Source of the DNA: Ranitomeya imitator
Lineage: Eukaryota
DNA: 64,000 nucleotides
Assembly: GCF_032444005.1 (NCBI RefSeq)
Contig: NC_091290.1
Location: forward strand, 132,184,001-132,248,000
Direction of reading: 5' to 3'
The notes below the pieces were generated by a model that was given only the letters and a program-made list of their open reading frames with translations, did no database searches and was not told the origin of the DNA. The translations under genes were made by a program, and so were the position numbers. Positions 49,345-62,819 of this stretch are shown here, piece by piece; within the stretch, counting starts at the first letter, position 1; every line of letters starts with the position of its first letter.

Positions 49345-50156
49345 TGTTGTGACCTGGTGGTCAGGACAATAATGGACCTGGTGGTTAAGAGCACACGGAA
49401 TGACCTGATAGTTACTGATAATAAAGGACGAGCTCTGGGACGTGGGAACTCTGCTCACCGCAATCCCTAATCCTATCAAACACACTAGAAATAGCTGTGG
49501 ATTGCGCCTGACGCTCCCTATGCAACTCGGCACAGCCTAAGAAACTAAGAAACTAGCTAGCCCCGAAGATAGAAAAATAAAGCCTACCTTGCCTCAGAGA
49601 AATTCCCCAAAGGAAAAGGCAGCCCCCACATATAATGACTGTGAGTAAGATGAAAATACAAACACAGAGATTAAATAGATTTAGCAAAGTGAGGCCCGAC
49701 TTACTGAACAGACCGAGGATAGGAAAGGTTACTTTGCGATCAGCACAAAAACCTACAAAAAGACCACGCAGAGGGCGCAAAAAGACCCTCCGCACCGACT
49801 CACGGTGCGGAGGCGCTCCCTCTGCATCCCAGAGCTTCCAGCAAGCAAGAAAACAATAATAATTGCAAGCTGGACAGAAAAATAGCAAACCAAAGAAATA
49901 CAAGCTGGAACTTAGCTTCTGTTGGGAAGACAGGTCACAAGAACGATCCAGGAGTGAACTAAACCAATACTGGAACATTGACAGGTGGCATGGAGCAAAG
50001 ATCTAAGTGGAGTTAAATAGAGCAGCAGCTAACGAATTAACCTCGTCACCTGTGGAAGGAAACTCAGAAACACCCACCAGAGGAAGTCCATGGACAGAAC
50101 CAGCCGAAGTACCATTCATGACCACAGGAGGGAGCCCGACAACAGAATTCACAACA
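49345..50156 (-). mobile_element. Solo LTR (812 bp), Ty3/Gypsy- or ERV-like
   Basis: Inverted termini TGTTGTGA...TCACAACA; flanks gatcac/gatccc (5 of 6 match); no internal domain. Confidence 0.8.
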
Positions 50157-50728
50157 GATCCCATTCTGACTGCAGACTGGCTGCAGCATTCACATGATGC
50201 CTCCTCCAGAGCATGGGATTATTTTTTATCTTAACCCAATCTAATCTCAATCACCATAATCTTTAAAGTAAGGCAAACCGTTTTAGGCCTCTTAGGTGTC
50301 CAGGGGCAGTGGACATGTGCATTGTGCAGAAAAAGCCAAGGTTAGTAAACCTGACATATTGGTGGTGTCCTGGCCTCGAACCAAGTGTTTTCTAAGGGTT
50401 TTTTTTTCACAGCTCCCCTTCTGTCTATGGCTGTTTTTGGTATTACAGTTAATCCCTATTCAACTGTAATAAGGTTGAGCTGAAATCTGCTACATAGACC
50501 ACGGACTCCGGGGGCAGGATTTTAGGATTTGGTGCAGATAAATATTTTCATCCTACGTTACAAAGTATCTCACCCAGCCAACTGTACTGAGGAGGAGCAA
50601 GAACTCTACAGATAGATGCCTCCAATATGGAGCTTCTCATACACATCACGTAGCTGTCAGCCGAACTATCATTCAGCAAACAGCTATCTGCCCTAAACAC
50701 AGTGACACTCGGCTCCGCTGATGGCCTC

Positions 50729-51000
50729 TGTGACGGAGCCACTGCCAGAAAACTAAAGTGTTAAAAGCCAGTCCTGACTATCCTTGGCTCCGCTGCCTTC
50801 TCCTGGATCCGCTGCCCTCTGTTGCGCTCCACGTCAGGTTTTGCTGGTTGCCCAGCGGGGATCTATAACATCATCTCCCTAGACCTATTTAAGGCCTATT
50901 GGGGCACACACCTGTGTCTTGGGATTGAGACAATAGTTTTCCTTGTTTGTGTGCTCCATTATCTGTTCTAACGTGTTTCAATTCGCCTCCATCCCTACTG
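50729..51000 (+). mobile_element. Degenerate LTR-like repeat, homologous to 57371-57560
   Basis: Both loci share gttgccc...ctatttaaggcc(t/c)att...cacacacctgtgtc...ggattgaga, and both begin TGT. Confidence 0.45.
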
Positions 51001-52859
51001 GGTTCCACGCCATCAGTCCATCTGATCGTGAGCCTCTAGTCAGTCCTAGTCCCCATGATTTCAGGTGTCTTCTGGAAGCTCTAGCAATGTGGTCCATGTG
51101 CCCACCCGAACCAGAGTCTTCAGCGTATCCACCTCAACTGGTGAGCCATAGCAAAAAGGATCTTCCATTGACAATCCAACATTCCGGATCCTTTTCTCCC
51201 AAGACATTATACGTCTGGGGGAAAGTCGGGAGCTACAAGGAGTACTGATGCCTTCTAAGTGTAACTTATGCTCCTAAAAGTTGTCACCCACCTTGCCCCA
51301 ATTCTAGGCAGGTCATAAGTGCTTATACCTCGGACTCACAGCACAGCACCATCTATGAATATAATAAGCATAATATGGGTCATAAAACCCCACGACTGGG
51401 CCGGGATCACAGCTGGAATATGGATGAGAAAATATTACTGGGTCAACCTTTCTCAAAAGAGACCACAGAGGACCACCCTACGAGAAGACTGTTTTGGGTG
51501 GTCATCCCCAAGAGGTTTCACTGTATTTGTAAATAAATTGTAACTTGCTTCCTTACATATTGGGATTGTTTCTGCTTTTCCTATGAGTTATCCTGGCACG
51601 GCCGGCCGAGCCTATCCATAGTAAAGCACCTAGCATGCCCTCTATTATAAACTCGCTGAGCATAATAACACCTTTATTACAGATCTGCACACGCTAATAT
51701 CCCATCTGTTACAGATCTGCAGGAAGCAGTCAGCCACAGACACAGCGAGTCTAATGCTGAGTGCATGGGGTACCGGAGGATAACAAACCACCTCCGAGCA
51801 CAGATCGATACCGATCCGAGCAGCAGACATTGGCAGGTTACTATCCCCCGGGTATCCCCGCTGTATATCTAATATATGCCAAAGTGTCCAGTGCGTAATA
51901 ATAACGACAGCCCTCGCACCTCCGGAGATTTAGATTCACCGTCCTCAAAGACGTCTTACGTCAATTGTTTGTCGCAGATGTTTCCTAGTTACTCCTATTT
52001 CATGTAAAACAATATCCAACAATAGATTGAGATTAGTCTCCAAAATAGAGTTCTGCCCATCTATCCCGAGACATATGGAGAAGAGAGTATGAAATCTTAT
52101 ATATATTTCTCATGCAAAGACTAAAGTTGTACAATTTTTACAGTGTTTGATGATAGTGTGCTCCGATTCTCTCAACTAAGGAGAAGATGGAGAAAAAAAA
52201 ATGTCTCCATCTTCTCCATTGTGCCAGTTCGTGAAAATCGGACTGCACTCAGATGCCATCCGAGTGCAGTTCAAATGTTTTCCACGGACTCATTGATTTA
52301 CATGGCCCGATCCAAATATCGGATATTGGAACTTGGGCGTGCTGCGATTTTTTTTTTTTTTTCCTCTGACCCTCTCTGTCCGAGGAAAAAAAATCAGACT
52401 AGTGCACGGCCTCATAGACTGACATTGGTCTGAGTGCGATCCGATATTTTGTGACCGAAATACAGTAGTCTCTATGATCCCAACCAATTTGCATTCAGCT
52501 ATAAGAACATGCCAAGGGAAACAGGGCGACTTGTTTGTCCTACAAGAAGGTCCCAAGTGCCCCTTTAAAGGGGTTGTCCCATAATAACATGCATTACCTA
52601 TTCCCAGGAAAGATGGTAAATGTATGAGACCTCCTACTGATCCAGAGAATGGCAGTCCCAAAATTGCCTGTGTGAATGGAGTGGTAGTGATTATGTGCAA
52701 CCACCAGTCCTATAGAAAGTGAGTGGAGCAGTGGTCACATCCAGTCCATTCTCCCTGAAGTCTTTGGGTACCTTGTTCTTGTGTCTGGTGGGGTTCTCAA
52801 TGATCAGACTCCCAGCAATCACACATTCATCATCTACTGTTTCGTTATGTAATATATAA

Positions 52860-53245
52860 AGGGAATCTGTTTCCCGTTTTTTCTTGCTATGTAATCCGAG
52901 AGCAGTATGATGCAGGGGCAGAGACCCTGATTCCAGGGATGTATCACTTGCTGGGCTGCTTAATACATACAGTTCAGATAAAATTACTGCAGATCTAGCA
53001 GTGTATAACCTCACCCACACCACTGACTGACTACTTTCTAGGTACACTGTGCATAGGCAGAAAGCTGCCAATCAGTGATGGAGGCGGGGTTACACAGAGC
53101 AGGAGGACTTCATGCCATGAGACATCTAGTCCAGTAATGATAATCTCCTGCAGATTTTATTGAAACAACAGCACACAGACTAATAAGTGACACATCGCTG
53201 GAATCAGGGTCTCTGCCTCTATATCATGCTGCTCTCAGATTACGC
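52860..53245. mobile_element. TTAA-type MITE, same family as ~640-1010
   Basis: Shared internal inverted repeat gcagagaccctgattccag...ctggaatcagggtctctgcc. Confidence 0.65.
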
Positions 53246-56200
53246 AGCGGTATTAAAAAAAATGTTACATTATTTAGAATTTTGGGGGTATCATTATCAA
53301 TATTCTCACTATTGTGGTATATGATTCCCCAGAAGGTCTTGGGTGGGGAGAGTTTTCTGTATCTTTCGGGCACAGGGGTCAGCGGTGTCCTGCAGGTCTT
53401 CACTGACACCGCAGTCATTCACCACTTTACTTTTAGACTATCGCACCTCGCTCACTGCCTAGGGGAGCGGGGCCATCAGTGGATCCTTTCTGCAGCACAT
53501 CACATATCACCTTGTCTAATGAACCGTCTGCAGAGCATTCCCCGACTCTTTGACAGGCAGCCAAAATGGGGAAGGCGAGATAGAAAGCAATCTCCCTCAA
53601 GACATTTTGTTTTTTTTCCTGCCATAGGCATTTTTTTTTCCTGTTTCATACAGAACTTCAGATGTAAAATATAAAAAAAAATAATAATTGGCACACTGCA
53701 AAAAAAAGCTAGAAAAGAGGGCAGGGGGGTAATTTGTATAATAAAGCATGGCAGCAGTTCTCTGTCCTATTTTGGAGGCTTGTGAAAATTATATATTATA
53801 ATCAGCAGAATGTGCACACGATGCGGATTTTGCTGCGGATCCGCAGCGTTTCCCATGAGTTTACAGTACAATGTAAACCTATGGGAAACAAAAAACGCTG
53901 TCACATGCTGCGGAAAAAAACGTGCGGAAACGCAGCAGTTTACATTCCGCAGCATGTCACTTTCTACGGATTCCGCAGCGGTTTTACAACTGCTCCAATA
54001 GAAAATCCGCAGTTGTAAAACCGCAGTGAAAACCGCGATAAATCCGCAGCGGTTTTCCACTGCGGATTTATCAAATCTGCTGCGGAAAAATCCGCAGTAG
54101 ACCAGAATACGCGTGCACATAGCCTTAATGAAGCCCTAAGACATGTTCAGTGGGTTTTTCCAAAATGGAAAATCTACAGAAAATTTTGGGAGGACAACGT
54201 CCACCCAAAATTGTGATTTTTTTTTTTTTTTTTTTGCCACGTCAAATTTAGCTGTGAATTTCAGAATCTGCAGAAATATCTGCAGAATTAAGTGAGGATT
54301 TTGTGCAGGGCCGGTCAATTTACGTTGTGGATTTTCCCTATTTCACAAAATCCCATCACATTGTTGGTACGGTTATACGCAGTGTGAACCCAGGATATCT
54401 TTCCAGTCGGCGTCGGACTGGCTTCGGAAAGACCCACCTGTAACATTGATTTTTGGCCCCCACATGTAAAAAATAACCTGACCCTAGTGCAAAAATTTAC
54501 TTTTTCTTCTATGTAATATTAATTTGCCTAGCTTGTTTAATTAATTATTACGGTGAATTATATATTTTTCTGCCCATTGTGAATCAAATAATAATCCTTC
54601 AGAGCGGCCTACCAGAGGATTGTACAGTTCTCCAGTCGGCCAGTCCGAGCCCTTTTCCAGATGTCGTGAGTTACAGTAACAGAACGGGATAGGGAACATT
54701 GCAAAATCTCATTGATGCGCCGCAGAGAAAAATCTGCTTTGGAAATTTTCCGACCTGTGGATTTACCAGGCTGAGGATAAATCAGGATGCAAATCTGCAG
54801 TGGATAAGTGCACTAATCAACCTTTATAGTGTAATTAGGTTTATCTAGAGCTGACCAAAAACAGACCGCTTTTGTCATTGGCTGTTTTTTGGTATTGCAG
54901 TTTAGTCTTGTTTTGGGGAGACATCGTCCATGTTTCTTTTTTACAATTTAGTGATGATTTTTGATGGACTTTTTGCACGGTCTGTGCTTGGTTTGAACAG
55001 TCATTTCTTTAAAAAAAAAAACAGAACGTCACCAGGGTGATTACACACATCAAATACTTTGCAGAATTTCGACAAATTCTATTTGCGTCCTTGGCCTACT
55101 ATCTGCAGCCAGTATTTGTCTCGGTGGGATGTTAGGGGCTATAGTCTCTTTCCAGCTGGAGGACCCCGGGGTTGAATACACCCGATTAAAAGTGTTCTGT
55201 TGCACTGAGCGGCTGCGTCTTGGCACCTCCGCATCCATCTGTCAGGGTATAAATGATAACCCCCAAAAACCAAGTGGTGCGGACTTCTGCCAGACAATAT
55301 AAATGACAGTCTGATGATCTTTGGGTTTTGTGTTCTAATTGTCCCCGGGCGTCTGGATCGCTCGGGTCGTCAGCCATGTCACTCTAGGCCTGTCACTCAC
55401 GCGCTTCACTTTTGTTTATATAAACAGGTGAATTGTTTGATGCCACAATTAAAACCATCTGCCATGCAAATGACTGCCAATTAACTCATCCTGTTTTAAT
55501 TACCCTGATAATTGAACTCAATGTGTGGAGAGAATCACAGAGAAATACTAAGTGGTCATAAGGTTCCAAAATACACCCCCCCCCAAAAAAAAAAAAAAGA
55601 AGCCCGGATGACTTAATATTTAACTCATTTTCCTGGGAAAGATGGCTTTGCGGCGCTGTGATATGGCTGCAGGACTGGCGCCAACTGTTAATGCGTGATT
55701 ATTTAATTGTACACATGTACTAAATCGCGTTAGACGACAACAGAACATACCGATCCTTAAAGGTAGTCGGTCACAAATAAGGTTGCCTAATTAAAATGTA
55801 TCAGTGTGGCTACGAGGCTAATGGATTGCGTCTGTCCTGTCGAAAATGCCGTTTGTTATCATAAAAAGCTGAGCAGAATAATATATAGAACTAATTTATT
55901 TCCTTTAATATCTGATTTTTTTTCTGGGGCTTAAGTGTCCAGAAGGCGGTCCCACATACGTCAATCATTGAGTAGGACCGCCCACCGGACTCCTAAACCC
56001 CAAACTTATATTTAATCATTTCCTGCAGAACAATATATCAATCTGTTCAGCTCCTATTGCTTTATAATAGTAGTCTGCTTGGAGATTTATTATTATTATT
56101 ATTCCAGGTTAACTTTAAGAGACGATGAGATCGGTATAACTTGTAATATAGTGCTCTGAAACCGACCTCATTTTAGGCTTTAGGACTTCAGCGGGCGATT

Positions 56201-56343
56201 GTACCCAATAAATGACAGCATTTATGTATGAGTGTGTGTGCATAGTCATAGTTGTCAATCACTTAGTAGGACCGCCCACTGGACTCCTAAGCCCAGAGTG
56301 AGCAGTGAGCAATAAATTACATGTGAACTGGTCTCTGTAGGAA

Positions 56344-56524
56344 AGGAAGAGTCAGACGACCTTATAAATCGGATGGGGACCGGACTGGCCGGCGGCTCTC
56401 CCTACCAGAGAGTGACAGCATGTGTTTCTATGCGGCTGTCATGTTCAGGTAGGTAGAGCTGCCGGCCAGTCCCTGCACTGCTTTCCGATCCCCGTCCGAT
56501 TTATATGGCCTTCTGACGCTTCCC
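56344..56524. mobile_element. Fold-back PIF/Harbinger-like MITE
   Basis: Palindromic arms ggaagagtcaga...ataaatcgga...gactggccggc / gccggccagtc...tccgatttat...tctgacgcttccc-tta. Confidence 0.65.
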
Positions 56525-57999
56525 TTAAGAGAACCAGCACTTCCCCATGCGGTGAATAGAAAATGTTGAACTTTTCTAAAAATTGAAAAGATTGAAATTA
56601 GGGTAACACAAGTGGCATAGCGCTGATGCCAGCGCCTGGGGCAAGTATTTTACACTCCCTAACATGTGGGCCGATAACTGTCTCTGGGTCCCTTCCACTA
56701 GTCCAATATTTGGACCCCTTTACCAAACCAATGGATTTTAAGACAATACTGATGTAATTAAAATAGGGCTAAGTTTACATTTCCGTATATTCAGGAATTC
56801 ATGTGCAAAAGTACCCCCCCCCCTCCAAAAAAAAAAAAAATCTTTGGGTTCCAGTTTGTGCCAGTTTAGAAAAAAGGAAGAAAAAGTTGTTCACACAGGA
56901 CTTTTTTTTTCCTATCTAAACACTGACGCAAAATGGAACTCAGACGGACCACCCAAAAGAATCAATGGGACCCCTTTGCTCTCATTTCCATCGTTAGTGC
57001 AGCAGATCTTTTGCACATGAATTCCACGGATCTGCTTCTTTAAACAGAACAGACAAGCGGAATGTTGGCCCCGCGGCTGGCCCGCCGCCTCCCTGCCCAC
57101 ATCTCTAATCATCATCGTCCTCCTGCCCTGCTGCCTGCCTGCGTAGATTGATATGCAAAGCACACTAGTCATACCCTGGGTATAGTGCCCGCCGCCCCTT
57201 TAATATTGTCTTTCATCTTCACTAACTCTTTATTCACTAAGAGCTGCCCAGCCTGTCGTACAGTAACTCGGTTTCTGCCTATGCAGAGCACATCATTCAA
57301 TATGACTCATTATAGTGGGAGCTTTATCATCTTGCTTGCCTTACATTGAATGAAGTTAGTGCCTGCAGGGTGTCAGGATGTTACACACCTGTCCCAGATA
57401 TCCCGGGCTCTGCTTCCTTCACCTCAGCCCGTTGCCCTCTGTTGTGCTCCATGTCGGGTTTTGCAGGTTGCCCTCCATGGCTCAGTGACGTCATCTCTAT
57501 GATCCTATTTAAGGCCCATTAGGACACACACCTGTGTCTAAGGATTGAGATTCAAGACTTTGGTTTGGCCTTCTGTGCGCGACATGCTTTAACTTGCTTC
57601 ATTCCCTGCTGACTTCCAATTCATCCATCCTGCTGCTCACAAGATTCCTGAGTGTACCACGAGGTCCTCACTCCCCACATGCCACCCTGCCAGCTGCACC
57701 AATGCCCAAGGTCTGTGTACCCACCTGGACCTGGGGCTTAGTGTGTCCACTTTACATAGGAACTCATTGCTCCCGTGCACTACTAACAGAAGGGCAGAAG
57801 GGGCTTGATGCTTCGTAAAGATACCCTTGGGGCTGGTCCTGCCATCCTGGAACATTTTGACCATGGAAGGAATTCCCCCCCCTCAGAAGTTGTGCTTCCA
57901 CTACACAATAACAGATCAATCATGTTGACTAGGTTCTGCTATTGACCAATTTTCTGTCCAAATGAGTCCAGATGAAAGATATGGGAAATAAAGCCATTT

Positions 58000-58812
58000 T
58001 TGTAACCAATAGGCCCTGGATCAATGAGGTTCTAGGTAAGGGCTCCTTCTCACTTGCGAGAAATACGTCCGAGTCTCGCAGGTTAAAACCCGGCTCTGGC
58101 GTCGGCACTCCAGAGCGGAGCGTGCGGCCGCACAGCAATACATGGAGCTGCACGCTCCGCTCTGGAGTGCCGGCGCCAGAGCAGGGTTTTAACCTGCGAG
58201 ACTCGGACGTATTTCTCGCAAGTGAGAAGGAGCCTTTACCCTTAGGCTCTGGATCAATTAGGCTGTAGGTAACCCATAGCCTCCGGATCAATAAGGTTCT
58301 AAGTAACCCATAGGCTCCAAATCAAAGAGCTTCTAGGTAACCCATAGACTCCAGGTCAATGAGCTTCTAGGTAACCCATAGGCTCCAGATCAATGAGATT
58401 CTAAGTAACCCATTGACTAGAGATCAATGAAGTTCAAGGTAACCCATAGCATCCAGATCAATGAGGATCAAGGTAACTTATAGGCTTTGGATCAAAGAAG
58501 TTCTAGGTAATCTATAGACTCCAGATCAATGAGGTTCTAGGTAACCCATTGACTCCAGATCAATGAAGTTCAAGGTAACCCATAGCATCCAGATCAATGA
58601 GGATCAAGGTAACCTATAGGCTCCGGATCAAAGAAGTTCTAGGTAATCTATAGACTCCAGATCAATGAAGTTCAAGGTAACCCATAGGCTCCGGATCAAT
58701 GAGGATCAAGGTAACCTATAGGCTTCGGATCAAAGAAGTTCTAGGTAACCCATAGGCTCCAGATCAATGAGGTTCTAGGTAACCCATAGGCTCCGGAACA
58801 GTGAGGTTCTAG
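58000..58812. repeat. 34-bp minisatellite
   Basis: ~18 copies of ctccagatcaatgaggttctaggtaacccatagg. Confidence 0.93.
58040..58235. mobile_element. 196-bp fold-back PIF/Harbinger MITE inserted in a 34-bp tandem repeat
   Basis: TAA|GGGCTCCTTCTCACTTGCGAG ... CTCGCAAGTGAGAAGGAGCCT|TTA; near-perfect palindrome. Confidence 0.9.
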
Positions 58813-59416
58813 ATTCCAAATAACTAAACTCGACTACTTAGCCAACTTTCAACATCTTAAACACAAGACAACAATGACTCATGTTTCTGAAATCTCATGC
58901 AAATGGTGAAAACAAGGCCTCGCAATGTTATCAATCTGGATCAGGGCACCATGTTACAGATCCTGCCAGTGTTACTTGGCATACGCCAGGCTGAAGCATT
59001 AAGGGGGTGGAGGTGTCTCTGCACGCTGAGTGCGGGGATGATCGCGCAGCACAGATAGCACACTGTTTGCACAGAAACAGAAGGGCTCGCACTGATTGGT
59101 ATCACGGCGTGTGGATGGCATGGTGCCACCCCTGACAAACCTTGGAGGGAAGAAGAACACTCAGAACTGGTATGGGATAAATCACAGTGCTGTTATCAAT
59201 CATTTGGGATGAGATGGCATGTATCAGCACAAATCCCTGGATCCAGGTAGATATTGGTGACAGTAACGTCCTACTGAAACTGACATATTTGGAAGTTCTA
59301 ATTAGCTGCTCCTAAGTGTCAAGGATTGGCAAAGATCTTAATAAAATCTGGAGGAGGCCACAAATTGTTAGACCTCTGCACAAACGCCTTTTTTAGCTGT
59401 ACCATCCTGAGCGTAA

Positions 59417-59601
59417 GGCCGGGATCACCCATACGCCAGATACAGCCGAGTCTCGCAGGTGAAAACCCAGCTGTGGCACCGGCACTCCGGAGCGGAGCGT
59501 GCAGCTCCATGTATTGCTGTGCGGCCGCAGGAGTGCCGGCGCCAGAGCTGGGTTTTCACCTGCGAGACTCGGCCGTATTTCGCGTATGTGTGATCCCGGC
59601 C
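59417..59601. mobile_element. Fold-back PIF/Harbinger MITE
   Basis: TAA|GGCCGGGATCAC...GTGATCCCGGCC|CAA; internal sequence shared with 58040-58235. Confidence 0.85.
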
Positions 59602-61526
59602 CAAGTGGGCTGCTCATCTCCTACCTCTGACCAAATATGAACCCGCCAAGTGGATTCCAACCTTTCCAATCGTGCGCTCCAGAAGAAGCCTTGCGAAACA
59701 GATAAGTGTGTCATGTGACGCTTCTTAGCTCTGCTGATTGGGAGCCCACAAAGGGGAGGTGCTTACTATCATCCAACCCCTTAAAGGCAATTTAATTTTT
59801 TTTTATTTTTTTTTTAAATTTGCAATTTTCTCCTCTGATTCCTGCGCTGATTAGTGTAACCGTTATAACATCTGAAACATATCCGCTGCATATAATTATT
59901 GAGCCTTTGTTTTAACCAATCGGTAATTTGCCTACAGCATCCATAACGGGGACATATCCATGAGCGCAAACCAGTAAATGAACCCGTAAGAGTCAGTTTT
60001 CCAGTTAGAACTTGGCAGGACGTCTCTTCCTGTGGGACTCTCGTGATCTCATCAGTACCACAAAGGAAGTGTGATATCAGAGGGCAAATTAGGGAAGATT
60101 GGGTCAATAGGAGAAGTCAGAAGATGCAAATTCATGGGGTTCCAACTTATGAGACCCCCACAAACGTCAAAGTGGCTCCAACTTCCATTTATTCCAATGC
60201 GGCGTGGTGTCATCATGTCCTGATAGCGAAATGTGACATCTTTCACCCTGGCAACTTCTACCTAGGGACACTGAATCCAGACGTCTCCTGGGCCATGATA
60301 CCAAATTGTCACCCCCTACTATGTCCCATTTACAATAATTGGGTTTTCTTATGTTACAGAGGGGGTCTTTGGGCCCACCCCAACACGGAAAGTGCAGCAC
60401 CTATAGCCTTAACCTCTGTATGTTCAGTAACGTACATGAAAAATAACATGGATTCCAAAAGTGGTGGTGGTCTATAAATGACCCCAGAAGTGACCCTCCA
60501 ATCGTGGTGTGAACAAACCACTTAAAGGGATGGTCCAGGACTTTTACAATGATGGCTTTTCCTTAGGATAGGTCATCAATATCTGATTGGTGGAGGTGCG
60601 ACCCCCGCCATACCCCGCCGATCAGCAGTTCCCAGGGCTGGCGGAGGCTGGATGTGGACAGTTACGGTATAGTGGCCGCGGCTGGGTACTGCACGTCCGC
60701 CCCCTATTGATCCAAAAAAGGGAACGGGAGCACGGGGACCGATATAATTCTGCATAAAAAACATATATATGCCACTCAGGATCTGTAGTAACGTGGGTGA
60801 CAACTGCTGTGCAAATGGTAATAGCTTGCATTACGGGTCGTCAGCTTTGGAAATCCAGCTTCTGTAAAGCTTAATATACAAGTAAGAGGATGACTCACAG
60901 ACATACATTTTAGGTAATTAGAATCATAAAGACATAAACGTTAATTACATAATTATAATTTTACACCCCTACAAAGCACAAATGCATAAATTCCTGTAAG
61001 CATCCGCTTCGTCTTGTTGCTACAGAAAAAAAGTGAAGCAACTTCCCCCCCATATTACATAACAAAGCCGACATGCCACAATTTCTCCATTGTAATGCCG
61101 CAGCTATAATGCAGCAATCAACTGAACACAGGCAGAGGGGAATAAACTCATCTACGCAGATGTAGCAGTGCCGAATTCGTCATGTGGCGCTACCCACTGA
61201 GCTGTGCTTTTACATAGGACTGCATGTGCATCATAATGGCGGGCAAACATTGCAACCCAATAAAGTTCAGATCTTCCGCATCTATAAAACTCATGAAAAT
61301 GGAGCCCCAACTCAGTTTTTCTCACCACTTTTTGCTTCGATATCTGAAATATTAGTCGTGAGACCCAGTGCTGGGATGAACGGTCGCAAATAACGCTCTG
61401 CACGTCATAGATATAATACACGTTCTTGGACGCAGGAGCTTTGTAAGTCGCCGTGAAAAGTCTACAATTTTTACAGGATAGATGGATGGATGGATAGAAG
61501 CATGGATAGAGAGATGGATAAAAGAA

Positions 61527-61975
61527 NNNNNNNNNNNNNNNNNNNNNNNNNNNNNNNNNNNNNNNNNNNNNNNNNNNNNNNNNNNNNNNNNNNNNNNNNN
61601 NNNNNNNNNNNNNNNNNNNNNNNNNNNNNNNNNNNNNNNNNNNNNNNNNNNNNNNNNNNNNNNNNNNNNNNNNNNNNNNNNNNNNNNNNNNNNNNNNNNN
61701 NNNNNNNNNNNNNNNNNNNNNNNNNNNNNNNNNNNNNNNNNNNNNNNNNNNNNNNNNNNNNNNNNNNNNNNNNNNNNNNNNNNNNNNNNNNNNNNNNNNN
61801 NNNNNNNNNNNNNNNNNNNNNNNNNNNNNNNNNNNNNNNNNNNNNNNNNNNNNNNNNNNNNNNNNNNNNNNNNNNNNNNNNNNNNNNNNNNNNNNNNNNN
61901 NNNNNNNNNNNNNNNNNNNNNNNNNNNNNNNNNNNNNNNNNNNNNNNNNNNNNNNNNNNNNNNNNNNNNNNNNNN
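61527..61975. other. Assembly gap (449 N) flanked by (GGAT/GATA)n repeats
   Basis: N run with tetranucleotide repeats on both sides. Confidence 0.99.
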
Positions 61976-62819
61976 TATAATAGATAGATAGTAGGTAGAT
62001 GATAAATAAATAGATAAGAGATGGATAATAGACAGATAACAGATACATTTTGCAGGATGCTGCCCCCCTTACAGACGCCCCCGGTAGACGAAAACATGAA
62101 CTCATTTCCCTATGGAGACCTGTCATGAGCTGAAGTCCACTGTGACCTGCATGGTGGGTGCCATTCAGGGGTCTATAACGTTTTGCCCCCCTGCTGTGAG
62201 CAGCCAGGTGCCAGGGTCCTCGGGTACAGGGTGGGCTCTGCACACAATACCCGGCAGTGCTTAGAACATTAGATCTTGCACTGTTTGGGGGATGGCAGGA
62301 CTCACCTCCAGTCCATGAAGCATCCTCCCCTCCTGGCAGATCATGGAGCCCCGGACTACATCGACAAGAATCAGCTTCCTTGTGATACCTCTAGGACCTG
62401 AGTGCAAGCTCCACAGCCGATCCCCCCAATGCTCCACCACCAGCACGGGTGGTCCATTCACTTTCTCTGTTAACTCAGAAGATCTCTGGATTTTCTGTAG
62501 AACAATTTCCGAGTCTGGAAGCTGTTGCAGCTGGGGGACCTGATCCACCCCACATTAATTGTATCAAGTGTTTATGGGAAATGCAAAATATTCTCCACCA
62601 GCCAAATATTATAGCAGTATATTTACAAAACACAATGATGATTGTTTACAGCTAGTAAAATAAGGAATGGAGGAGATGAGAACACAAGGACAACAAGGAA
62701 ACACAATGTCCTGTATGGGGTCACCTGCGAGTGCCAGCATGCCACCATGGCAGAGGGGCAATAATAGTGTAAAAGTCATGGTGAATGGGATGCCAGGGGG
62801 GCAACTGAGATCAGAGACA

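Noticed and set aside
60043-60477. 144-aa ORF (MISSVPQRK...)
   Set aside because: No recognisable homology and no exon-like splice sites. I could not run a database search, so it is left uncalled.
61152-62243. ORFs of 165-363 aa spanning 61.2-62.2 kb
   Set aside because: They run through the N gap and tetranucleotide repeats.
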